This document shows, piece by piece, positions 9,915 through 16,965 of a DNA stretch of 32,000 nucleotides. The DNA is from an uncultured Erysipelotrichaceae bacterium (lineage in GTDB: Bacteria; Bacillota_I; Bacilli_A; Erysipelotrichales; Erysipelotrichaceae): contig OW818653.1 of assembly GCA_942492995.1 (NCBI GenBank), positions 660,001-692,000 on the forward strand. The letters are read 5' to 3'. The notes beneath the pieces were generated by a model, which saw nothing but the letters and a program-made list of their open reading frames with translations, did no database searches and was not told where the DNA came from. A program made the position numbers and the translations under genes. Numbering within the stretch: the first letter of the stretch is position 1; every line of letters starts with the position of its first letter.

Positions 9915-10091
9915 TTACTTTTGACTAATTGCTTGTGTTGGACAAACTCCAATACATGCTAAACAATCAATGCAGATAGATTCATCACATTCAGCTTTTC
10001 CATCGCCATCAAGTGATAATGCTCCAACTGGACAAACCCCTACACAAGCACCACAACCAATACAAGTATCTTTTGCTACAATTACAGGCAC
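9915..10091 (-). CDS. Small 2x[4Fe-4S] ferredoxin, 58 aa, GTG start
   Basis: Not in the ORF track. My translation is VPVIVAKDTCIGCGACVGVCPVGALSLDGDGKAECDESICIDCLACIGVCPTQAISQK. It has two CxxCxxCxxxCP motifs. AAGGAGG lies 8 nt upstream of the GTG. Confidence 0.82.
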   Translation of the reverse strand: MPVIVAKDTCIGCGACVGVCPVGALSLDGDGKAECDESICIDCLACIGVCPTQAISQK

Positions 10092-10118
10092 AGTTAAATC
10101 CTCCTTTTTATTGTTCTA

Positions 10119-10146
10119 ATTATACCACTATTAACTTCATCTTCAA
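10119..10146 (-). promoter_or_regulatory. Extended -10 promoter upstream of the ferredoxin gene (-35 TTGAAG, 16 nt, TGgTATAAT)
   Basis: Minus strand reads TTGAAGatgaagttaatagTGgTATAAT. It overlaps the ymdB stop codon. Confidence 0.55.
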
Positions 10147-10922
10147 TAACTTTCAGGTCTAAATTGTAACCTTTTAATTGATAAGGCACGAAGTGTTTTA
10201 TCATCAATATCAATTACAACTGCACAAACTTGTGCAACATTTTCACTCACTGTAAATCGAGTTACAGTATTTCCATTGAAGCGATCCAATACTTCATTAA
10301 TATCTCGACCAATAATACTCTTAAACGGCCCAGACATACCAACATCACTTATAAATGCACAACCATCGATAATTTGTTCATCTGCTGTCTGTACATGTGT
10401 ATGTGTACCAATTACTGCAGTACATTCATCTTTAAATTGATACGCAAATGCTATCTTTTCACTCGTTGCCTCTGCATGTATATCAACAATAACAATCTTA
10501 TCCGGATTTGATTTATGTAATTTCTTCATCGATTCAAATGGACTCTCTACTACTTTATCCATAAATACTGAACCAATTAGATTTATAATTCGAATCGTTT
10601 TACCTTTTACATAAAAGTCGCGTACACCTGTTCCGTATTCATTTGGATACATATTTAGCGGACGTATTAGACTCTTACTATGTTCAATAAATGTTAATAT
10701 ATCTGCTTTTGAAAATGCATGATTACCTAAAGTAATCGCATCAACTCCATTTTCAACTAACTCATTGTAAAGTTTTTGTGTAATCCCTTTACCATGTGCA
10801 ACATTTTCACCATTAACAATCGTGAAATCAATACTATATTCTTTCTTAAGCAAACCAAGTCGAGCATAAACTGCTGCTCGACCTGCTTTACCTACAATGT
10901 CTCCAATAAACAATATCTTCAT
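10143..10922 (-). CDS. ymdB: YmdB-family metallophosphoesterase (2',3'-cyclic-nucleotide 2'-phosphodiesterase)
   Basis: MKILFIGDIVG, GENVAHGKG and LGNHAF motifs. Located directly downstream of rny, as in B. subtilis. Confidence 0.9.
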   Translation of the reverse strand: MKILFIGDIVGKAGRAAVYARLGLLKKEYSIDFTIVNGENVAHGKGITQKLYNELVENGVDAITLGNHAFSKADILTFIEHSKSLIRPLNMYPNEYGTGVRDFYVKGKTIRIINLIGSVFMDKVVESPFESMKKLHKSNPDKIVIVDIHAEATSEKIAFAYQFKDECTAVIGTHTHVQTADEQIIDGCAFISDVGMSGPFKSIIGRDINEVLDRFNGNTVTRFTVSENVAQVCAVVIDIDDKTLRALSIKRLQFRPESY

Positions 10923-12478
10923 TATTTTGCGACTTCAGACGTACGTGTTTCACGTATTACAGTAACTTTAATTTGTCCAGGATAAGTCATTTCATTCTCA
11001 ATCTTTTCACGAATTTCACGTGCAACTCTATGACAAGCTAAATCATCTAGTTTATCAGGAACAACCATAACACGAATTTCACGACCAGCTTGAATTGCAT
11101 AAACTTTTTCAACACCATCAAATGATGTCGCAATTTTCTCAAGTTGTTCTAAACGTTGAATATAATTTTGGAATGATTCAAAACGTGCTCCAGGACGTGC
11201 AGCACTTAATGTATCTGCAGCTTGAACTAGAATTGAGTAAATACTATTTGCCGGAACATCACCATGATGTGATTCGATACCATTTACAACTGCAGGATGT
11301 TCACCGTGTTTACGACAAACACGTGCTCCAAGTTCTATATGACTACCTTCCATCTCAAAGTCAAGTGCTTTACCAATATCATGAAGTAAACCAACACGTT
11401 TTGCTAAAGTTTGATTTAAACCAAGTTCAGCAGCCATCATACCAGTTAAATGAGCAACTTCCATACTGTGTTGAAGTGCATTTTGACCATAACTGTAACG
11501 ATAACGCAATCGACCAATTAGTCCAACAATTTCACGATCTACTTTTCCAACACCTACTTTAAATACTGCATCTTCCCCTGCTTTTTGAATTGTTTCATTT
11601 AACTCGTTTTGTACGCGAGTTACTACTTCTTCAATTCTTCCAGGTTGAATTCTGCCATCTTTTAATAAAGTTTCAAGTGCTAGACGTGCAACTTCTCTTC
11701 GAATTGGATCAAAACACGATAATGTGATTGTTTCAGGCGTATCATCTATCAAGATATCTACACCCGTTGCTTGTTCAATAGCACGAATATTACGACCTTC
11801 ACGACCGATAATTCTGCCCTTCATTTCTTCATTTGGTAATGCGACAACAGAAACTGTACGTTCAAGTGTTTCTTCTTGAGCATATCTTTGAATTGCTAAT
11901 CCAATAATCTCTTTTGCCATACTTGAAGCTTTAGCTTTCGCTTCTTCTTCTTGATCACGAATAAACGCCTCAATTTCATTTTGAGTTCTTACACGTACGA
12001 TATCAAATAATTCATTTTTAGCGTCTGCAGCTGTCATATTTGCAATACGCTCTAATTCAACAACCTGACCATCAATCTTCTCTTTCAGGTTGGCTTCCAT
12101 CTTCTCTAGTACATTTAATTTTTCGGTAACTTGAAGATTCTTTGTTTCAAGCTCTTTTTCTTTTGAGGTCAACGTCTCACTACGAAAATTTAGACTGTCT
12201 TCACGTCGATTTAACTTTGTTTCAACATCTTGAAGAACCTGTTTAGATTCTTTAATTTCTTTTTCCGCTGCTAACTTTAAATCATAAGTTTGCGTCTTCG
12301 CATCTAAAATAGCTTGTCTTAATGTGCTATCTGCTTTGATTGACGCTTCTTCTAAAACTAATTTCGCTTTTTGTTGATCTCTATTTAACCCAAACTTTGA
12401 GAACATTATCATAATAACGATTCCCAAAGCAAAACCACCGATACTAGCTAAGACGAAAAAGTATGTATACTCTCCCAT
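10922..12478 (-). CDS. rny: Ribonuclease Y
   Basis: N-terminal TM helix, coiled-coil region, KH domain (GRIIGREGRNIRA) and HD domain (LLHDIGKA). GGAGGA SD sequence. Confidence 0.95.
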   Translation of the reverse strand: MGEYTYFFVLASIGGFALGIVIMIMFSKFGLNRDQQKAKLVLEEASIKADSTLRQAILDAKTQTYDLKLAAEKEIKESKQVLQDVETKLNRREDSLNFRSETLTSKEKELETKNLQVTEKLNVLEKMEANLKEKIDGQVVELERIANMTAADAKNELFDIVRVRTQNEIEAFIRDQEEEAKAKASSMAKEIIGLAIQRYAQEETLERTVSVVALPNEEMKGRIIGREGRNIRAIEQATGVDILIDDTPETITLSCFDPIRREVARLALETLLKDGRIQPGRIEEVVTRVQNELNETIQKAGEDAVFKVGVGKVDREIVGLIGRLRYRYSYGQNALQHSMEVAHLTGMMAAELGLNQTLAKRVGLLHDIGKALDFEMEGSHIELGARVCRKHGEHPAVVNGIESHHGDVPANSIYSILVQAADTLSAARPGARFESFQNYIQRLEQLEKIATSFDGVEKVYAIQAGREIRVMVVPDKLDDLACHRVAREIREKIENEMTYPGQIKVTVIRETRTSEVAK

Positions 12479-12516
12479 ATTTTTTCCTCCAGCTCGAGTG
12501 TTAAACTCTTATCTAT

Positions 12517-12545
12517 ATAATACTTAATTTTCAAACATTTCACAA
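12517..12545 (-). promoter_or_regulatory. Possible rny promoter (-35 TTGTGA, 17 nt, -10 TATTAT)
   Basis: Read by eye on the minus strand between the recA terminator and the rny SD sequence. Weak match. Confidence 0.3.
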
Positions 12546-12555
12546 CTAAAGACAT

Positions 12556-12577
12556 AGAAAAAGGACTATTAAGTCCT
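12556..12577 (-). terminator. Rho-independent terminator after recA
   Basis: Minus strand reads AGGACT-TAAT-AGTCCT followed by TTTTT. The hairpin overlaps the recA TAG stop. Confidence 0.55.
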
Positions 12578-13586
12578 ATTCTTCTACGATATCTACACTC
12601 GGCGCAAACATTATTTGTTTTAATTCAGTTTCGACAGTTTGAGCGATAACAGGATTTGCCGTTAAGAATGCACGTACTGCTTCTTTGCCCTGTCCAATCT
12701 TCTCACCCTTATATGAGAACCAAGCACCAGCTTTTTGAACAATATCACGATCAACAGCTAATTCAATAAGTTCTCCCATACGTGAAATACCTTTACCATA
12801 CATAATATCAACCGTAGCTGTCTTAAAAGGTGGAGCCACTTTATTCTTAACAATCTTAACGTTAACTTTATTACCAATAATATCTGTGCCATTTTTTATA
12901 GCTTCACTCTTACGGACATCAATACGAATTGATGCGTAGAATTTTAATGCTTTACCACCTGTTGTTGTTTCAGGATTACCAAACATAATTCCAATTTTTT
13001 CACGTAATTGATTAATAAAAATAGCGGTACAATCACTACGATTCATTACACCTGCAAGTTTACGCATCGCTTTTGACATTAAACGTGCTTGTAAGCCCAT
13101 ATGAGAATCAGACATTTCACCATCAAGTTCAGCTTGTGGAACAAGTGCCGCAACTGAGTCAATTACAATTAAATCAATAGCACCACTCTTTATGAGTAAT
13201 TCAGTGATTTCCAACGCTTGTTCTCCGCTATCGGGTTGTGAAAGAATCAAATCTTCAATATTTACGCCCAATGCCTTTGCGTACATTGGATCAATTGAGT
13301 TTTCAGCATCTATAAAAGCTGCTTTCCCACCCTTTTTTTGAATTTCCGCAATCGCATGTAAAGCTAAAGTAGTCTTACCACTTGATTCAGGTCCATAAAT
13401 TTCAACAATTCTGCCTTTAGGATATCCACCAACACCAAGTGCATAGTCAATCGCAATTGAACCACTACTAATTGAATCAACTTCAACATTAGCGCGATCA
13501 CCTAAACGCATTACAGATCCTTTTCCATATTGTTTTTGAATCTGTTTTAATGCTTCTTCTAATAATAAATCTTTCTTATTTTCCAT
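12576..13586 (-). CDS. recA: Recombinase RecA
   Basis: GPESSGKTT Walker A and the full-length RecA signature ([14 protein letters not shown]...). Confidence 0.97.
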   Translation of the reverse strand: MENKKDLLLEEALKQIQKQYGKGSVMRLGDRANVEVDSISSGSIAIDYALGVGGYPKGRIVEIYGPESSGKTTLALHAIAEIQKKGGKAAFIDAENSIDPMYAKALGVNIEDLILSQPDSGEQALEITELLIKSGAIDLIVIDSVAALVPQAELDGEMSDSHMGLQARLMSKAMRKLAGVMNRSDCTAIFINQLREKIGIMFGNPETTTGGKALKFYASIRIDVRKSEAIKNGTDIIGNKVNVKIVKNKVAPPFKTATVDIMYGKGISRMGELIELAVDRDIVQKAGAWFSYKGEKIGQGKEAVRAFLTANPVIAQTVETELKQIMFAPSVDIVEE

Positions 13587-13617
13587 AGTTCCCTCTTATC
13601 AAAAGTATGAATACTTA

Positions 13618-14079
13618 TTAATAGTTCCTAATAATATCATGCAATATTTTAAAAGCTTTGTTTACTGCATTCAATCGAATATCTTCACGTGATCCAGAAT
13701 CTTGAAATTCGTATACAAATGTATCATTATTAAACGCAACTCCTAAATACCATAAACCTACTGGTTTATTTTCCATATTACTTGGACCAGCATTCCCAGT
13801 GAATGAAACACTTAAGTCAGTATTAAATATTTCTCGTGACTTAACGCACATTTCTAACGCCATTTTATCACTAATTACACCAAACTCTTCAAAGATATGA
13901 TCATCAATATTTAAAACATCTTTTTTAATTTCGTTTTGATATGAAACGATACAACCTTTAAAGATTTTAGATACTCCAGGATATGCAGTTATTGATGATG
14001 CGAATAAACCACCTGTAAAACTTTCGCAACTAGATAATGAAATATTTTTTTGAATTAATAAATCAACAAGCTCTTGCAT
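13618..14079 (-). CDS. pncC: CinA C-terminal domain only (PncC-type nicotinamide-nucleotide amidase)
   Basis: 153 aa, with SCESFTGGL and SFTGNAGP motifs. Occupies the cinA position between pgsA and recA but lacks the N-terminal MoCF-type domain. Confidence 0.82.
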   Translation of the reverse strand: MQELVDLLIQKNISLSSCESFTGGLFASSITAYPGVSKIFKGCIVSYQNEIKKDVLNIDDHIFEEFGVISDKMALEMCVKSREIFNTDLSVSFTGNAGPSNMENKPVGLWYLGVAFNNDTFVYEFQDSGSREDIRLNAVNKAFKILHDIIRNY

Positions 14080-14672
14080 TACATTGATTCCAATATCATT
14101 TCTTTTGCTTGTAAGAAATACGAAACACCACTAACTACTGATATTGTGACGGTAAACCACAACATTAATTCATGTACAGGTAATTGAACTAATTCAAACG
14201 GAAGATTTGAAACTAAATACAGAACAATTGTAATCATTTGTGTAACTGTCTTGACTTTACCCAGAAAAGCAGCAGCGATTGTCACACCATTACGAGCCGC
14301 AATCATTCTAACACCCTCAATAGCTGTATCACGCCATATCATGATTAAAACCGCAAGAACAGGCATAATACCTTGATAAGCAAATAAAATAAACATCGTA
14401 TTTACTAATAATTTATCTGCCAATGGATCGACAAACTTACCAAAAGTAGTAACTAAATTATGTTTACGAGCTAAATAACCATCGAGAAAATCCGTGAAAC
14501 TTGCGATAACAAATAAAACTAAAATAATTATGTTTACAACAGGTACACTAACAAAATCAACCATGATATAACCAAACACAATGTTAAATTGAGCAAATGG
14601 AAAAATCGCAAAAAATACAATAACAGGCACAAACATTAAACGAATTAATGTTAATCGATTTGGAATATTCAT
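14079..14672 (-). CDS. pgsA: CDP-diacylglycerol--glycerol-3-phosphate 3-phosphatidyltransferase
   Basis: CDP-alcohol phosphatidyltransferase motif DGYLARKHNLVTTFGKFVDPLADK. Polytopic membrane protein. Confidence 0.93.
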   Translation of the reverse strand: MNIPNRLTLIRLMFVPVIVFFAIFPFAQFNIVFGYIMVDFVSVPVVNIIILVLFVIASFTDFLDGYLARKHNLVTTFGKFVDPLADKLLVNTMFILFAYQGIMPVLAVLIMIWRDTAIEGVRMIAARNGVTIAAAFLGKVKTVTQMITIVLYLVSNLPFELVQLPVHELMLWFTVTISVVSGVSYFLQAKEMILESM

Positions 14673-15538
14673 GAATTATCTCCCACTAATTTAAATTTAA
14701 GTGTTACTGAACCATTTCTAGACGCAATATCACTATTAATCGGAACTACAATATCATTGATAGTAATTGTATTCCCATTCATCCATCCTATATATACTTC
14801 AAGAACTGAATCATTTAAAGCATTGAATTTAAAATCTAAAGTAGTCCCTACATTATAAAGTTGATTCGGTAAATTAACCGGTGAATCTCCATCAACTCTG
14901 ATTCTAACATATGCATTTGATTTGAAATTGATTAACATTGTCAATTCTTGATTCGTATTAAATCCTGTAATTTCATAATTAACATCATCAATTTGATTAA
15001 GCGTTAAAACTTGTGGTACTTCAACTACTTCTGTTTCTTCTTCATCGATATTTTCAATCGGTGTTGGAATGTTTGGATTCACAACTAATGGTTCTTCTTT
15101 TTTATTTAAATTAGGTAATATTAAAAAAATAAATACTAAGATTAATGTAATGATTAACAATGTAATCGAAGAAACAAAAGTAATGAAAGATATATCGATC
15201 TTTCTTTTATTTGTATTTTTACTAATTATCGTACGATCTTTAACGCGATCTTTTACTTCATTTATTTCACTTAATTTAATCATTTTACTTGTATTCGAAA
15301 ATTCATCTAAAGCTTTATCTAATAAATCTCTATAGATCTCGAAATCTAAATGTAATGCATTACAATAGTAACGAATGTAAAACTTTAAATACGTAAAGTC
15401 ATTATCAAAATAACTTAGATTTCCATCTTCTATAGCTTGTAGTTTATTGACAGGTACTTTAGTCTTTTCACTCATTTGTTTAAGTGAAAAACCTAGCTCT
15501 TCTCTTCTATCTTTTAGACTTTTCCCAATTTCTAGCAT
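14669..15538 (-). CDS. rodZ: RodZ/YmfM-like cytoskeleton protein (XRE-type helix-turn-helix (HTH), TM helix, extracellular domain)
   Basis: N-terminal HTH (LGFSLKQMSEKTKVPVNKLQAIEDGN) and a single TM helix. Located upstream of pgsA. The ATG at 15538 is preferred over the GTG at 15541 on AGGAG spacing. Confidence 0.78.
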   Translation of the reverse strand: MLEIGKSLKDRREELGFSLKQMSEKTKVPVNKLQAIEDGNLSYFDNDFTYLKFYIRYYCNALHLDFEIYRDLLDKALDEFSNTSKMIKLSEINEVKDRVKDRTIISKNTNKRKIDISFITFVSSITLLIITLILVFIFLILPNLNKKEEPLVVNPNIPTPIENIDEEETEVVEVPQVLTLNQIDDVNYEITGFNTNQELTMLINFKSNAYVRIRVDGDSPVNLPNQLYNVGTTLDFKFNALNDSVLEVYIGWMNGNTITINDIVVPINSDIASRNGSVTLKFKLVGDNS

Positions 15539-15559
15539 CACTATACTCCTACTTGAAAC

Positions 15560-15588
15560 ATTATAACATTATTAAATCTTTTTATAAT
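15560..15588 (-). promoter_or_regulatory. Putative extended -10 promoter of the rodZ operon (TGtTATAAT, weak -35 ATTATA)
   Basis: Minus strand reads aaTGtTATAATgtttcaagtAGGAG. It lies immediately downstream of the rnpB terminator. Confidence 0.4.
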
Positions 15589-15610
15589 AAAAAAATGGAA
15601 CCATGTTCCA
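15589..15610 (-). terminator. Rho-independent terminator after rnpB
   Basis: Minus strand reads TGGAAC-ATG-GTTCCA followed by TTTTTTT, a few nt after the P1 3' strand of the RNase P RNA. Confidence 0.6.
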
Positions 15611-15617
15611 CTTTATA

Positions 15618-15953
15618 ATACATCGGTAAGCCATGTTCTGTCCTGTTGCCAGTGGCAATCATTTATCTACATTTCTGTCCTATCAAACCTTCGTTTAGGT
15701 CATCAAAGTTCCCCTACCATATTTGGGTTTCTCGCTTATGGGGTTTACCGCGTTCCACTCTCAATGTTTCCAAAGAGACTACGTCACTGTGGCACTTTCA
15801 AGAGCGCTTCCATAGCCGAAGCCTTAGGATTAACTCTGCCGTCAGTTACCTGCCTGAATTTATTTTTTCATTCAGCATAATCACTACCATCATCACAGAT
15901 GGTGCGAGCATGGACTTTCCTCTAACCTTGGGGCCAGCGATTGCCTGATGTAC
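15618..15953 (-). ncRNA. rnpB: RNase P RNA, bacterial type B (ends approximate, within a few nt)
   Basis: The reverse complement contains GAGGAAAGTCCATGCTCGCAC, GAAAGTGCCACAGTGACG, GAGTGGAACGCGGTAAACCCC, GCGAGAAACCCAAAT, GGTAGGGGAAC and GGACAGAACATGGCTTAC. The 5' TACATC and 3' GATGTA segments can pair as P1. These stretches closely match the B. subtilis rnpB sequence as I recall it. Confidence 0.93.
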
Positions 15954-16262
15954 TCACTTATTATAGACTTCTTGTTCTAGTTTTGCCAATCTTTTTAATA
16001 AATCAACCTGATTCGTATTACTTGCATCAGGTGATAAAAGTGCATCATTTTTACCTTGAGCTTCAATTAATCGAGCTTGAAGCTGAGTATTCTGTTGTTG
16101 CAAAGATTGGATAATTTCTTTTGATTTTTGTAATTCAAATTGAAAATACTGATAATCTAACATGATTTGATCTAGAAAACTATCAACTTCAATCATTGAA
16201 TATCCTTTGAATTCTACATTAAATTCTTTGTTATAAATTGTTTGCTCATTTAGTTTTGACAT
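15954..16262 (-). CDS. gpsB: Cell-cycle protein GpsB (DivIVA-domain)
   Basis: FNVEFKGYSMIEVDSFLDQI DivIVA-type N-terminal domain with a coiled-coil C-terminus. 102 aa. Adjacent to recU-ponA. Confidence 0.88.
   Translation of the reverse strand: MSKLNEQTIYNKEFNVEFKGYSMIEVDSFLDQIMLDYQYFQFELQKSKEIIQSLQQQNTQLQARLIEAQGKNDALLSPDASNTNQVDLLKRLAKLEQEVYNK
15960..15989 (-). promoter_or_regulatory. Putative rnpB promoter embedded in the last codons of gpsB (-35 TTGGCA, 18 nt, -10 TATAAT)
   Basis: Minus strand reads TTGGCAaaactagaacaagaagtcTATAATaagtgaG. The predicted transcription start site (TSS) coincides with the first base of the P1 stem. Confidence 0.5.
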
Positions 16263-16295
16263 AGTATTGTTTCCCTACTTTTCATATTAAAACAA

Positions 16296-16301
16296 ATTAT
16301 A
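16296..16301 (-). promoter_or_regulatory. Candidate -10 (TATAAT) for gpsB; no convincing -35
   Basis: Minus strand reads agtgTATAATttg, 33 nt upstream of the gpsB ATG. Confidence 0.3.
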
Positions 16302-16335
16302 CACTCTTTTACAAGTTGATTAGATTTTAGATAAC

Positions 16336-16364
16336 TAGCAAACTACACCTTATTCTTATATAAT
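16336..16364 (+). promoter_or_regulatory. Candidate recU-ponA promoter (-35 TAGCAA, 17 nt, -10 TATAAT)
   Basis: Plus strand reads TAGCAAactacaccttattcttaTATAAT. The predicted leader is only about 10 nt. Confidence 0.35.
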
Positions 16365-16380
16365 AAGACTTGGAAAAAAT

Positions 16381-16965
16381 ATGATAAATTACCCAAACCG
16401 TAAACAAAGCACTAATTCAATCACCAAAATAAAGTCACATTCATATCGTGGAGCTAATTTAGAAGATGATTTAAATCAAACAAATCAATATTATTTAGAT
16501 TTAAATAAAGCAAATATTCATAAAAAACCTACTCCTATAATGGTAGTAAAAGTTGATTATCCTTCACGAAATAAAGCTAAAATTGTAGAAGCATATTACA
16601 AAGTGCCAAGTACAACGGACTACAATGGTGTTTATCGCTCCAAGGCAATAGATTTTGAAGCTAAAGAATCACAAAGTCATACTGCATTTCCATTAAAAAA
16701 TATTCATCCTCATCAACTAGATCATATGCGCAATGTAGAACATCATGGTGGAATATGTTTCTTAATCATTCGTTTTGTATATTATAATGAAACATATCTG
16801 TTGTATTTCCACGCTTTAGATGAATTTATTAAAACGAATGATAGAAAATCGATTCCATATAGCTGGATAAAAGAAAATGCTTATTTAATTCCATTTTCAC
16901 TAACTCCACCTATTCATTATTTAAAAGTACTAGATGACACTCTTTTCAATGGAGAAGCTAAATGA
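16381..16965 (+). CDS. recU: Holliday junction resolvase RecU
   Basis: MINYPNRK..., HKKPTPI, TTDYNGVY, IDFEAKE and GGICFLII all match RecU. ATGA overlap with ponA. Confidence 0.95.
   Translation: MINYPNRKQSTNSITKIKSHSYRGANLEDDLNQTNQYYLDLNKANIHKKPTPIMVVKVDYPSRNKAKIVEAYYKVPSTTDYNGVYRSKAIDFEAKESQSHTAFPLKNIHPHQLDHMRNVEHHGGICFLIIRFVYYNETYLLYFHALDEFIKTNDRKSIPYSWIKENAYLIPFSLTPPIHYLKVLDDTLFNGEAK

Noticed and set aside
8444-9952. Longer N-terminal extensions given by the ORF track for miaB (9952), mtnN (23520), rsfS (24507), the HAD-like gene (27328), parC (30646) and rodZ (15541)
   Set aside because: These starts are TTG or GTG codons lying inside the preceding gene or lacking an SD sequence. Downstream starts have good SD spacing and match the conserved N-termini of the families. 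The exception is the HAD-like ATG at 27388, which has no clear SD sequence and was chosen as the first ATG.
11095-11562. 155-aa His/Gln-rich plus-strand ORF, the longest of many antisense ORFs in the track (others include 295..480, 4211..4435, 6183..6368, 8984..9169, 10230..10511, 10776..10985, 15069..15335, 17155..17373, 18046..18237, 20274..20575, 20839..21033, 24213..24431, 25374..25565, 27098..27301, 29313..29867, 30241..30546 and 31072..31504)
   Set aside because: All lie inside, and opposite to or out of frame with, strongly supported conserved genes. They have low-complexity compositions typical of the reverse frames of AT-rich genes and lack plausible SD sequences or promoters. The 155-aa ORF is simply the antisense frame of the Glu/Leu/Lys-rich rny gene.
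13587-13750. Search for a LexA (Cheo box, GAAC-N4-GTTC) operator upstream of recA, and the palindrome AAGTAT-GA-ATACTT at 13603..13616
   Set aside because: No GAAC-N4-GTTC is present in this stretch. The AT-only palindrome has a 2-nt centre, too short for a hairpin loop, resembles no operator I know, and could easily arise by chance in AT-rich DNA. The absence of an SOS box cannot be interpreted without knowing whether lexA exists in the genome.
15646-15948. 100-aa plus-strand ORF in the largest gap of the window
   Set aside because: It lies entirely antisense to the RNase P RNA. The conserved rnpB blocks (GAGGAAAGTCC, ACAGAACATGGCTTA and others) explain the region, and the ORF has no SD sequence or recognisable protein features.
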